Below are positions 46,801 to 61,800 of a DNA stretch of 64,000 nt, in pieces. The stretch covers positions 151,776,001-151,840,000 of the forward strand of contig OZ296648.1 of the NCBI GenBank assembly GCA_965655095.1, written 5' to 3'. The stretch comes from Haplodiscus bocki (Eukaryota). The notes below the pieces were generated by a model. It was given only the letters and a program-made list of their open reading frames with translations, made no database searches and was not told the origin of the DNA. Both the position numbers and the translations under genes were made by a program. Position 1 is the first letter of the stretch. Every line of letters begins with the position of its first letter.

Positions 46801-49800
46801 CAAATCTTTTATTACGGCAGAAAAAAGAGGCTTGAACGTTAACATCCAGAGCAGAGTACTATATTCAGAAGAAACAAAAGTGTCAGTATTCAACAGTCTA
46901 ATCACGTTTCATTGGTCCAGACATCTTTGCACATCACGTTCACACCATCCAACACAACATCTTCAGACATACGTGAAAAATGAAACTCTCTAAAAGCAGT
47001 GGACACTCAAACGATTTAGACAGTCCTCAGCCGTGTGGAAAAAGCGTTAAAAATCCAAACATCATAAATAGCAAATACTCATTCTATAAAACATCAAAAG
47101 GCGACACCGCGCACGTAGGAGAATTCCAGGGTCACTTCAAAACGATCTAATCATGTTTCATTGGTCCAGATATCTCAGATCACTAAAAAATTCGTGCAAA
47201 AGCAAACCTTTTATTACGGCAGAAAAAAGAGGCTTGAACGTTAACATCCAGAGCAGAGTACTATATTCAGAAGCAACAAAAGTGTCAGTATACAACAGTC
47301 TAATCAAGTTTCATTTGTCCAGACATCTTTGCACATCACGTTCACACCATCTAACAGAACCTCTTCAGACATAGCTAAAAAAGGAAACTCTCTAAAAAGC
47401 AATCGACACTCAAACGACTTAGACAATCTTCAGCCGTGCGGAAAAGGCGTTAAAAATCCAAACATCAAAAATGGCAAATACTCATTCTATAAAACAGCAA
47501 AAGGCGACACCGCGCACGAAGGAGAATTCCAGGGTCATTTCAAAACGATCTAATCATGTTTCATTGGTCCAGATAGCTCAGATCACTAAAAAAGGTCGTG
47601 CAAAAGCACACCTTTTATTACGGCAGAAAAAAGAGGCTTGAACGTTAACATCCAGAGCAGAGTACTATATTCAGAAGAAACAAAAGTGTCAGTATACAAC
47701 AGTCTAATCACGTTTCATTGGTCCAGACATCTTTGCACATCACGTTCACACCATCCAACACAACATCTTCAGACATACGTGAAAAATGAAACTCTCTAAA
47801 AGCAGTGGACACTCAAACGATTTAGACAGTCCTCAGCCGTGTGGAAAAAGCGTTAAAAATCCAAACATCATAAATAGCAAATACTCATTCTATAAAACAT
47901 CAAAAGGCGACACCGCGCACGTAGGAGAATTCCAGGGTCACTTCAAAACGATCTAATCATGTTTCATTGGTCCAGATATCTCAGATCACTAAAAAAATTC
48001 GTGCAAAAGCAAACCTTTTATTACGGCAGAAAAAAGAGGCTTGAACGTTAACATCCAGAGCAGAGTACTATATTCAGAAGCAACAAAAGTGTCAGTATAC
48101 AACAGTCTAATCAAGTTTCATTTGTCCAGACATCTTTGCACATCACGTTCACACCATCTAACAGAACCTCTTCAGACATAGCTAAAAAAGGAAACTCTCT
48201 AAAAAGCAATCGACACTCAAACGACTTAGACAATCTTCAGCCGTGCGGAAAAGGCGTTAAAAATCCAAACATCAAAAATGGCAAATACTCATTCTATAAA
48301 ACAGCAAAAGGCGACACCGCGCACGAAGGAGAATTCCAGGGTCATTTCAAAACGATCTAATCATGTTTCATTGGTCCAGATAGCTCAGATCACTAAAAAA
48401 GGTCGTGCAAAAGCACACCTTTTATTACGGCAGAAAAAAGAGGCTTGAACGTTAACATCCAGAGCAGAGTACTATATTCAGAAGAAACAAAAGTGTCAGT
48501 ATACAACAGTCTAATCACGTTTCATTGGTCCAGACATCTTTGCACATCACGTTCACACCATCCAACACAACATCTTCAGACATACGTGAAAAATGAAACT
48601 CTCTAAAAGCAGTGGACACTCAAACGATTTAGACAGTCCTCAGCCGTGCGGAAAAGGCGTTAAAAATCCAAACATCAAAAATGGCAAATACTCATTCTAT
48701 AAAACAGCAAAAGGCGACACCGCGCACGAAGGAGAATTCCAGGGTCATTTCAAAACGATCTAATCATGTTTCATTGGTCCAGATAGCTCAGATCACTAAA
48801 AAAGGTCGTGCAAAAGCAAACCTTTTATTACGGCAGAAAAAAGAGGCTTGAACGTTAACATCCAGAGCAGAGTACTATATTCAGAAGCAACAAAAGTGTC
48901 AGTATACAACAGTCTAATCAAGTTTCATTTGTCCAGACATCTTTGCACATCACGTTCACACCATCTAACAGAACTTCTTCAGACATACCTAAAAAAGGAA
49001 ACACTCTAAAAAACAATCGACACTCAAACGATTTGGACAGTCTTCAGCCTTGCGGAAAAACCGTTAACAGTCCAAACACCATAAAGGGCAGTAAGACCAC
49101 ACGATTTAGGAGCAAAAAGGAATATCATACTCCAGGGACAATTCGACGGCCACAATTAAGTTTCATTGCTTTAGATAACTTTCAAGATCACGAATCATTC
49201 CGTGCAAAAGCCACCCTTTTAACACGGCAGAAAAAAAATCAAGACCTGAACATTAACTTCTGGAGTATTAGTTTGAAACAAACCACAAGTGTCAGTATAC
49301 GTCTGTCCAATCAGGTTTCATTGGTCCAGACATCTTTGCACATCACGTTCACACCATCCAAAACATCTTCTTTACACACAGGTAAAAAACTTGCTTAAAA
49401 CGTCAGAAACCTATCGATGTTCAAACGATTGTGACAGACGGTTAGACGTGTCAGAGTATAGTTGACAGTCCAAACACAAAAAAAGGCTATAAGACAACAA
49501 ACTTAGGAGCAAAAAGGAGAGCATACTCCAGGAACAATTCGACGGCCACGGAGGAATGATCTGATCAAGTTTCATTGCTTTAGATACCTTCAAGATCACA
49601 AAATGTTGCGTGCAAAAGCAAACCTTTTAACACGGCAGAAAAACAAGACCTGAACGTTACCTTCTGAAGCACTATTTCGAAACAAACCACAAGTGTTAGT
49701 GTACATCTGTCCAATCAGGTTTCATTGGTCCAGACATTTTTGCACATCACGTTCCCACCATCCAACACAACATCTTCAGACATACGTGAAAAATGAAACT

Positions 49801-52800
49801 CTCTAAAAGCAGTGGACACTCAAACGACTTAAGCAGTCCTCAGCCGTTTGAAAGAATCTTTAAAAGCCAAACATCATAAATGAAAAATACTCATTCTATA
49901 AAACAGCAAAAGGCGACACCGCGCACGAAGGAGAATTCCAGGGTCACTTCAAAACGATCTAATCATGTTTCATTGGTCCAGATATCTCAGATCACTAAAA
50001 AATTCGTGCAAAAGCAAACCTTTTATTACAGCAGAAAACAAAAGAGGCTTGAACGTTAACATCCAGAGCAGAGTACTATATTCAGAAGAAACAAAAGTGT
50101 CAGTATACAACAGTCTAATCACGTTTCATTGGTCCAGACATCTTTGCACATCACGTTCACACCATCTAACAGAACTTCTTCAGACATACCTAAAAAAGGA
50201 AACACTCTAAAAAGCAATCGACACTCAAACGCTTTGGACAGTCTTCAGCCTTGCGGAAAAACCGTTAACAGTCCAAACACCATAAAGGGCAATAAGACCA
50301 CACGATTTAGGAGCAAAAAGGAATATCATACTCCAGGGACAAGTCGACGGCCACAATCAAGTTTCATTGCTTTAGATAACTTTCAAGATCACGAATCATT
50401 CCGTGCAAAAGCCGACCTTTTAACACGGCAGAAAAAAAACAAGACTTGAACATTAACTTCTGGAGTATTATTTTGAAACAAACCACAAGTGTCAGTATAC
50501 GTCTGTCCAATCAGGTTTCATTGGTCCAGACATCTTTGCACATCACGTTCACACCATCCAAAACATCTTCTTTACACACAGGTAAAAAACTTGCTTAAAA
50601 CGTCAGAAACCTATCGATGTTCAAACGATTGTGACAGACGGTTAGACGTGTCAGAGTATAGTTGACAGTCCAAACACAAAAAAAGGCTATAAGACAACAA
50701 ACTTAGGAGCAAAAAGGAGAGCATACTCCAGGAACAATTCGACGCCCCGGAGGAATGATCTGATCAAGTTTCATTGCTTTAGATACCTTCAAGATCACAA
50801 AATGTTGCGTGCAAAAGCAAACCTTTTAACACGGCAAAAAAACAAGACCTGAACATTAACTTCTGGAGTAGTATTTTGAAACAAACCACAAGTGTCAGTT
50901 TACCTCTGTCCAATCAGGTTTCATTGGTCCAGACATCTTTGCACATCACGTTCACACCATCCAAAACATCTTCTTTACACAGAGGTAAAAAAACTTGCTT
51001 AAAACGTCAGAAACCTATCGATGTTCAAACGATTGTGACACACGGTTAGACGTGTCAGAGTATAGTTGACAGTCCAAACACAAAAAAAGGCTATAAGACA
51101 ACAAACTTAGGAGCAAAAAGAATAGCATACTCCAGGAACAATTCGACGGCCACGGAGGAATGATCTGATCAAGTTTCATTGCTTTAGATACCTTCAAGAT
51201 CACAAAAAGTTGCGTGCAAAAGCAAACCTTTTAACACGGCAGAAAAACAAGACCTGAACGTTACCTTCTGAAGCACTATTTCGAAACAAACCACAAGTGT
51301 TAGTGTACATCTGTCCAATCAGGTTTCATTGGTCCAGACATTTTTGCACATCACGTTCCCACCATCCAACACAACATCTTCAGACATACGTGAAAAATGA
51401 AACTCTCTAAAAGCAGTGGACACTCAAACGACTTAAGCAGTCCTCAGCCGTTTGAAAGAATCTTTAAAAGCCAAACATCATAAATGACAAATACTCATTC
51501 TATAAAACAGCAAAAGGCGACACCGCGCACGAAGGAGAATTCCAGGGTCACTTCAAAACGATCTAATCATGTTTCATTGGTCCAGATATCTCAGATCACT
51601 AAAAAATTCGTGCAAAAGCAAACCTTTTATTACGGCAGAAAACAAAAGAGGCTTGAACGTTAACATCCAGAGCAGAGTACTATATTCAGAAGAAACAAAA
51701 GTGTCAGTATACAAAAGTCTAATCACGTTTCATTGGTCCAGACATCTTTGCACATCACGTTCACACCATCTAACAGAACTTCTTCAGACATACCTAAAAA
51801 AGGAAACACTCTAAAAAGCAATCGACACTCAAACGATTTGGACAGTCTTCAGCCTTGCGGAAAAACCGTTAACAGTCCAAACACCATAAAGGGCAATAAG
51901 ACCACACGATTTAGGAGCAAAAAGGAATATCATACTCCAGGGACAATTCGACGGCCGCAATCAAGTTTCATTGCTTTAGATACCTTTCAAGATCACGAAT
52001 CATTGCGTGCAGAAGCCAACGTTTTAACACGGCAGAAAAACAAGAGCTAAACGTTAACTTCTGGCGTACTATTTTGAAACAAACCACAAGTGTCAGTATA
52101 CATCTGTCCAATCAAGTTTCATTGGTCCAGACATTTTTGCACATCACGTTCCCACCATCCAACACAACATCTGCAGACATACGTGAAAAATGAAACTCTC
52201 TAAAAGCAGTGGACACTCAAACGACTTAAGTAGTCCTCAGCCGTTTGAAAGAATCTTTAAAAGCCAAACATCATAAATGACAAATACTCATTCTATAAAA
52301 CAGCAAAAGGCGACACCGCGCACGAAGGAGAATTCCAGGGTCACTTCAAAACGATCTAATCATGTTTCATTGGTCCAGATATCTCAGATCACTAAAAAAT
52401 TCGTGCAAAAACAAACCTTTTATTATGGCAGAAAAAAGAGGCTTGAACGTTAACATCCAGAGCAGAGTACTATATTCAGAAGCAACAAAAGTGTCAGTTT
52501 ACAACAGTCTAATGAAGTTTCCTTGGTCCAGACATCTTTGCACATCACGTTCACACCATCTAACAGAACTTCTTCAGACATACCTAAAAAAGGAAACACT
52601 CTAAAAAGCAATCGACACTCAAACGATTTGGACAGTCCTCAGCCGTGTGAAAGAATCATTAAAAGTCCAAACATCATAAATGACAAATACTCATTCTATG
52701 AAACAGCAAAAGGCGACACCGGGCACGGAAAACTCCAGGGTCACGTCAAAACGATCTAATCAAGTTTCATTGGTCCAGATATCCGAAATCACGAAGCCTT

Positions 52801-55800
52801 GAGTGCAAAAGCAAACCTTTTGCCACGGCAGAAAAACGAGACTTGAACGTTAACTTCCAGAGCAGAGTACTATTTTCAGTGGGAACAAAAGAGTCTGTCA
52901 GTATACAACAGTCTAATCACGTTTCATTGGTCCAGACATCTTTGCACATCAGCTTCACACCAACGAACATTACATCTGACATAGCTCAAAAATGAAACTC
53001 TTTAAAAAGGAATCGACACTCAAACGATTTAGGCAGTCCTCATCTGTGTGAAAGAATCGCTAAAAACCAACACATCACAAATGACAAATACTTATTCTAT
53101 GAAAGAGTAAAAGGCGACACCGAGCACGAAACAGAAATCCAGCGTCACGTCAAAACATCTAATCAAGTTTCATTGGTCCAGATAACCAAAATCACGAAGC
53201 ATTGCGTGCAAAAGCAAAACTTTTGCCACGGCAGAAAAACGAGACTTGAACGTTAACGTCCAGAGCAGAGTACTATTTTCAGTGGGAACAAAAGTGTCTG
53301 TCAGTATACAACAGTCTAATCACGTTTCATTGGCCCAGACATCTTTGCACATCACGTTCACACGATCCAACACAACATGTTCAGACAGACGTGAAAAATG
53401 AAACTCTCTAAAAGCAGTGGACACTCAAACGACTTAGGCAGTCCTCAGCCGTTTGAAAGAATCGCTGAAAACCCACACATCATAAATGACAAATACTTAT
53501 TCTATGAAAGAGCAAAAGGCGACACTGCGCACGAAGGAGAATTCCAGGGTCACGTCAAAACGATCTAATCAAGTTTCAATTGTCCAGGTACTTAGAATCA
53601 CGAAATATTGCGTGCAAGAACAAACATTTTGACACGGCAGAAAAACAAGACCTGAAGGTTGATATCCAGAGTACCCATTTCAGCGGAAACAAAAGTGTCA
53701 TTATAGAACAGTCCGTTCTGGTTTTTTGAGTCCAGACATCTTTACAAATCACATTCACACCATCCAAAACATCTTCTTTACACACAGGTAAAATACTTGC
53801 TCAAAACGTCAGAAACCTATCGATGTTCAAAAAATTAAGACAGACGGTTAGACGTGTTAGAGTATAGTTGACAGTCAAAACACAAAAAAGGGCTATAAGA
53901 CAACACAATTTAGGAGCAAAAAAAGAGCATACTCCAGGAACAATTCAAGGTCCACGGAGGAATGATCTGATCAAGTTTCAATGACTTAGATACCTTAAAG
54001 ATCACAAAATGTTGCGTGCAAAAGCAAACCTTTTAGGACGGTAAAAAAAAAGACCTGAACGTTATCTTCTGGAGCACTATTTCGAAACAAACCACAAGTG
54101 TCAGCATACATCTGGCCAATCAGGTTTCATTGGTCCAGACATTTTTGCACATCAAGTTCCCACCATCCAACACAACATCTTCAGACATACGTGAAAAATA
54201 AAACTCTCTAGAAGCAGTCGACACTCAAACGACTTAGGCAGTCCTCAGCCGTTTGAAAGAATCGCTGCAAACCCTCACATCAAAAAAAACAAATACTTAT
54301 TCTATGAGAGAGTAAAAGGCGACACCGAGCACGAACGAGAAATCCAGCGTAACGTCAAAACATCTAATCAAGTTTCATAGGTCCAGATATCCAAAATCAC
54401 GAAGCATTGCGTGCAAAAGCAAACCTTTTGCCACGGCAGAAAAACGAGACTTGAACGTTAACTTCCAGAGCAGAGTACTATTTTCAGTGGGAACAAAAGA
54501 GTCTGTCAGTATACAACAGTCTAATCACGTTTCATTGGTCCAGACATCTTTGCACAACAGCTTCACACCAACGAACATATCTTCTGACATAGCTCAAAAA
54601 TGAAACTCTTTAAAAAGCAACCGACACTCAAACGATTTAGGCAGTCCTCATCTGTGTGAAAGAATCGTTTAAAGTCCAAACATCAGAAAAGACAAATACT
54701 CAATCTATGAAAGAGCAAAATGCGAAACCGGGCACGGAAGAAAACTCCAGGGTCACGTCAAAACGATCTAATCAAGTTTCAATTGTCCAGATATTCAGGA
54801 TCACGAAAAATTGCGTGCAAGAACAAACATTTTGACACGGCAGAAAAATAAAACTTGAACGTTGACTTCTAGAGTACCAATTTCAGCGGAAAAAAAAGTG
54901 TCATTATAGAACAGTCCATTCTGGTTTTTTGAGTCCAGACATCTTTACAAATCACATTCACACCATCCAAAACATCTTCTTTACACACAGGTAAAATACT
55001 TGCTCAAAAGGTCAGAAACCTATCGATGTTCAAACGACTGAGACAGACGGTTCCACGTGTCAGAGTCTAGTTGACAGTCAAAACACAAAAAAGGGCTATA
55101 AGACAACACAATTTAGGAGCAAAAAGAATAGCACACTCCAGGAACAATTCGACGGCCACGGAGGAATGATCTGATCAAGTTTCAATGCTTTAGATACCTT
55201 CAAGATCACAAAATGTTGCGTGCAAAAGCAAACCTTTTAAGACGGCAAAAAAAGAAGACCTGAACGTTATCTTCTGAAGCACTATTTCGAAACAAACCAC
55301 AAGTGTCAGTATACATCTGGCCAATCAGGTTTCATTTGTCTACACATCATTGCACGTCACGTTCACACCATCCAACACAACATCTTCAGACATACGTGAA
55401 AAATGAAGATCTCTAGAAGCAGTCGACACTCAAACGACTTAGGCAGTCCTCAGCCGTGTGAAAGAATCGCGAAAAACCCACACAACAGAAATGACAAACA
55501 CTCAATCTTTGAAAGAGCAAAATGCGAAACCGGGCACGGAAAACTCCAGGGTCACGTCAAAACGATCTAATCAAGTTTCATTGGTCCAGATATCCGAAAT
55601 CACGAAGCCTTGAGTGCAAAAGCAAACCTTTTGCCACGGCAGAAAAACGAGACTTGAACGTTAACTTCCAGAGCAGAGTACTATTTTCAGTGGGAACAAA
55701 AGAGTCTGTCAGTATACAACAGTCTAATCACGTTTCATTGGTCCAGACATCTTTGCACAACAGCTTCACACCAACGAACATATCTTCTGACATAGCTCAA

Positions 55801-58800
55801 AAATGAAACTCTTTAAAAAGCAACCGACACTCAAACGATTTAGGCAGTCCTCATCTGTGTGAAAGAATCGTTTAAAGTCCAAACATCAGAAAAGACAAAT
55901 ACTCAATCTATGAAAGAGCAAAATGCGAAACCGGGCACGGAAGAAAACTCCAGGGTCACGTCAAAACGATCTAATCAAGTTTCAATTGTCCAGATATTCA
56001 GGATCACGAACAATTGCGTGCAAGAACAAACATTTTGACACGGCAGAAAAATAAAACTTGAACGTTGACTTCTAGAGTACCAATTTCAGCGGAAAAAAAA
56101 GTGTCATTATAGAACAGTCCATTCTGGTTTTTTGAGTCCAGACATCTTTACAAATCACATTCACACCATCCAAAACATCTTCTTTACACACAGGTAAAAT
56201 ACTTGCTCAAAAGGTCAGAAACCTATCGATGTTCAAACGACTGAGACAGACGGTTCCACGTGTCAGAGTCTAGTTGACAGTCAAAACACAAAAAAGGGCT
56301 ATAAGACAACACAATTTAGGAGCAAAAAGAATAGCACACTCCAGGAACAATTCGACGGCCACGGAGGAATGATCTGATCAAGTTTCAATGCTTTAGATAC
56401 CTTCAAGATCACAAAATGTTGCGTGCAAAAGCAAACCTTTTAAGACGGCATACAAACAAGACCTGAACGTTATCTTCTGAAGCACTATTTCGAAACAAAC
56501 CACAAGTGTCAGTATACATCTGGCCAATCAGGTTTCATTTGTCTACACATCATTGCACGTCACGTTCACACCATCCAACACAACATCTTCAGACATACGT
56601 GAAAAATGAAGATCTCTAGAAGCAGTCGAAACTCAAACGACTTAGGCAGTCCTCAGCCGTGTGAAAGAATCGCTAAAAACCTACACATCATAAATAACAA
56701 ATACTCATTCTATAAAACAGCAAAAGGCGACAGCGAGCACGAAAGAGAAATCCAGGGTCACGTCAAAACATCTAATCAAGTTTCATTGGTCCAGATATCC
56801 GAAATCACGAAGCCTTGCGTGCAAAAGCAAACCTTTTGCCACGGCAGAAAAACGAGACTTGAACGTTAACTTCCAGAGCAGAGTACTATTTTCAGTGGGA
56901 ACAAAAGTGTCTGTCAGTATACAACAAGCTAATCACGTTTCATTGGTCCAGACATCTTTGCACATCAGCTTCACACCAACGAACATAGCTTCTGACATAG
57001 CTCAAAAATGAAACTCTTTAAAAAGCAATCGAAGCTCAAACGATTTAGGCAGTCCTCATCTGTGTGGAAGAATCGCTAAAAACCCACACATCAAAAATGA
57101 CACATACTTATTCTGTGAAAGAGTAAAATGTGACACCGAGCACGAAAGAGAATTGCAGGGTCACGTCAAAACATCTAATCAAGTTTCATTGGTCGAGACA
57201 TCTTTGCACATCACGTTCACACCATCCAACACAACATCTTCAGACATACGTGAAAAATGAAACACTAAAAAGCAGTCGACACTCAAACGACTTAGGCAGT
57301 CCTCAGCCGTGTGAAAGAATCGCGAAAAACCCACACAACAGAAATGACAAACACTCAATCTTTGAAAGAGCAAAATGCGAAACCGAGCACGGAAGAAAAT
57401 TCCAGGGTCACGTCAAAACGATCTAATCAAAATTCAATTGTCCAGATATTCAGAATCACGAAATATTGCGTGCAAGAACAAACATTTTGACACGGCAGAA
57501 AAACAAGACTTGAACGTTGAGTTCCAGAGTAAAAAATTCAGCGGAAACAAAAGTGTCATTATAGAACAGTCCATTCTGGTTTTTTGAGTCCAGACATCTT
57601 TACAAATCACATTCACACCATCCAAAACATCTTCTTTACACACAGGTAAAATACTTGCTCAAAACGTCAGAAACCTATCGATGTTCAAATGACTGAGACA
57701 GACGGTTCGACGTGTCAAGAGTATAGTTGACAGTCAAAACACAAAAAAAGGGCTAAAAGACAAAACAATTTAGGAGCAAAAAAATAGCATACACCAGGAA
57801 CAATTCGACGGCCACGGAGGAATGATCTAATCAAGTTTCATTGCTTTAGATACCTTTCAAGATCACGAATCATTCCGGACAAAAGCAAACCTTTTAACAC
57901 GGCATACAAACAAGACTTGAACGATAAATTCTGAAGCATTTCGAAACAAACCACAAGTGTTAGTATACATCTGTCCAATCAGGTTTCATTTGTCCAGACA
58001 TCATTGCACATCACGTTCACACCATCCAACACAACATCTTCAGACATACGTGAAAAATGAAACACTAAAAAGCAGTCGACACTCAAACGACTTAGGCAGT
58101 CCTCAGCCGTGTGAAAGAATCGCTAAAAACCCACACATCATAAATGACAAATACTCATTCTATGGAAGAGCAAAATGCGAAACCGAGCACGGAAGAAAAT
58201 TCCAGGGTCACGTGAAAACGATCTAATCAAGTTTCAATTGTCCAGATATTCAGAATCACGAAATATTGCGTGCAAGAACAAACATTTTGACACGGCAGAA
58301 AAACAAGACTTGAACGTTGAGTTCCAGAGTAAAAATTTCAGCGGAAACAAAAGTGTCATTATAGAACAGTCCATTCTGGCTTTTTGAGTCCAGACATCTT
58401 TACAAATCACATTCACACCATCCAAAACATCTTCTTTACACACAGGTAAAATACTTGCTCAAAACGTCAGAAACCTATCGATGTTCAAATGACTGAGACA
58501 GACGGTTCGACGTGTCAAGAGTATAGTTGACAGTCAAAACACAAAAAAAGGGCTAAAAGACAAAACAACTTAGGAGCAAAAAAATAGCATACTCCAGGAA
58601 CAATTCGACGGCCACGGAGGAATGATCTAATCAAGTTTCATTGCTTTAGATACCTTTCAAGACCACGAATCATTCCGGACTAAAGCACACTTTTTAACAG
58701 GGCATACAAACAAGACTTGAACGATAAATTCTGGAGTATTATTTTGAAACAAACCACAAGTGTCAGTAAACATGTCCAATCAGGTTTCATTTATCCAGAC

Positions 58801-61800
58801 ATCTTTGCACATAATTTTCACAACATCCAACAGAACTTCTTCAGACATAGCTAAAAAATGAAACTCTCCAAAATGCAATCTACTCTCAAACGATCTAGGC
58901 AGTCGGCAGCCTGTGAAAGAATCGTTAAAAGTCCAAACATCAGAAATGACAAATACTCAATCTATGAAAGAGCAAAATGCGAAACCGAGCACGGAAGAAA
59001 ACTCCAGGGTCACGTCAAAACGATCTAATCAAGTTTCGATTGTCCAGATATTCAGAATCACGAAATATTGCGTGCAAGAACAAACATTTTGACACGGCAG
59101 AAAAACAAGACTTGAACGTTGAGTTCCAGAGTAAAAATTTCAGCGGAAACAAAAGTGTCATTATAGAACAGTCCATTCTGGCTTTTTGAGTCCAGACATC
59201 TTTACAAATCACATTCACACCATCCAAAACATCTTCTTTACACACAGGTAAAATACTTGCTCAAAACGTCAGAAACCTATCGATGTTCAAATGACTGAGA
59301 CAGACGGTTCGACGTGTCAAGAGTATGTTGACAGTCAAAACACAAAAAAGGGCTAAAAGACAAAACAATTTAGGAGCAAAAAAATAGCATACTCCAGGAA
59401 CAATTCGACGGCCACGGAGGAATGATCTAATCAAGTTTCATTGCTTTAGATACCTTTCAAGACCACGAATCATTCCGGACTAAAGCACACTTTTTAACAG
59501 GGCATACAAACAAGACTTGAACGATAAATTCTGGAGTATTATTTTGAAACAAACCACAAGTGTCAGTAAACATGTCCAATCAGGTTTCATTTATCCAGAC
59601 ATCTTTGCACATAATTTTCACAACATCCAACAGAACTTCTTCAGACATAGCTAAAAAATGAAACTCTCCAAAATGCAATCTACTCTCAAACGATCTAGGC
59701 AGTCGGCAGCCTGTGAAAGAATCGTTAAAAGTCCAAACATCAGAAATGACAAATACTCAATCTATGAAAGAGCAAAATGCGAAACCGAGCACGGAAGAAA
59801 ACTCCAGGGTCACGTCAAAACGATCTAATCAAGTTTCGATTGTCCAGATATTCAGGATCACGAAAAATTGCGTGCAAGAACAAACATTTTCACACGGCAG
59901 AAAAACAAGACTTGAGCGTTGACTTCCAGAGTACCAATTTCAGTGGAAACAAAAGTGTCATTATAGAACAGTCCATTCTGGTTTTTTGAGTCCAGACATC
60001 TTTACAAATCACATTCACACCATCCAAAACATCTTCTTTACACACAGGTAATTTAGTTGCTCAAAACTTCAGAAACCTATCGATGTTCAGATGACTGAGA
60101 CAGACGGTTCGACGTGTCAGAGTATAGTTGACAGTCAAAACACAAAAAGGGCTAAAAGACAAAACAATTTGGGAGCAAAAAAAAATAGCATACTCCAGGA
60201 ACAATTCGACGGCCACGGAGGAATGATCTAATCAAGTTTCATTGCTTTAGATACCTTTCAAGATCACGAATCATTCCGGACTAAAGCACACTTTTTAACA
60301 GGGCATACAAAAAAGACTTGAACGAGAAATTCTGGAGTATTATTTTGAAACAAACCACAAGTGTCAGTAAACAAGTCCAATCAGGTTTCATTTATCCAGA
60401 CATCTTTGCACATAATTTTCACAACATCCAACAGAACTTCTTCAGACATAGCTAAAAAATGAAACTCTCTAAAATGCAATCTTCTCTCAAACGATCTAGG
60501 TAGTCGGCAGCCTATGAAAGAATCGTTAAAAGTCCAAACATCAGAAATGACAAATACTCAATCTATGAAAGAGCAAAATGAGAAACCGAGCACGGAAGAA
60601 AACTCCAGGGTCACGTCAAAACGATCTAATCAAGTTTCACTTGTCCAGATATTCAGAATCACGAAATATTGCGTGCAAGAACAAACATTTTGACACGGCA
60701 GAAAAACAAGACTTGAACGTTGAGTTCCAGAGTAAAAATTTCAGCGGAAACAAAAGTGTCATTATAGAACAGTCCATTCTGGCTTTTTGAGTCCAGACAT
60801 CTTTACAAATCACATTCACACCATCCAAAACATCTTCTTTACACACAGGTAAAATACTTGCTCAAAACGTCAGAAACCTATCGATGTTCAGATGACTGAG
60901 ACAGACGGTTCGACGTGTCAGAGTATAGTTGACAGTCAAAACACAAAAAGGGCTAAAAGACAAAACAATTTGGGAGCAAAAAAAAATAGCATACTCCAGG
61001 AACAATTCGACGGCCACGGAGGAATGATCTAATCAAGTTTCATTGCTTTAGATACCTTTCAAGATCACGAATCATTCCGGACAAAAGCAAACCTTTTAAC
61101 ACGGCATACAAACAAGACTTGAACGATAAATTCTGAAGCACTATTTCGAAACAAACAACAAGTGCTAGTATACATCTGTCCAATGAGGTTTCACTTGTCC
61201 AGACATCATGGCACATCACGTTCACACCATCCAACACAACATCTTCAGACATACGCAAAAACTGAAACTCTCTAAAAGCAGTCGACACTCAAACAACTTA
61301 GGCGGTCCTCAGCCGTGTGAAAGAATCGTTAAAAGTCCAAGCATCATAAATTTACAAATAATCATTCTATGAAACAACAAAAGGCGACACCGAGAGCACG
61401 ATGGAGAATTCCAGGGTCACTTCGAAACAATCTAATCAAGTTCCGTTGGTCCAGATATCAAAGATCAGTAAAAATTGCGTGCAAAAGCAAACCTTTTGAA
61501 ACGGCAGAAAAACGAGACTTGAACGTTAACTTTCAGGGCAGAATATTATTTTCCGAGGGAACAAAAATGTCAGTATACATCAGTCTAATCACGTTTCATT
61601 GGTCCAGACATCTTAACGCATCACTAAAAACAACTTCTCGGAAGGTTAACTCAAAAGTAAAACTCTTGTTCAAGAAGCTATGGGTGTTGAAACGATTGAG
61701 ACATAACGTCAGACTTGTGATGGAATCGTTAACAGTCCAAACACCAAAAATGACAATTAGTCGACTATATGTAAGAGCAGAATGCAACACCAATGTCAGA

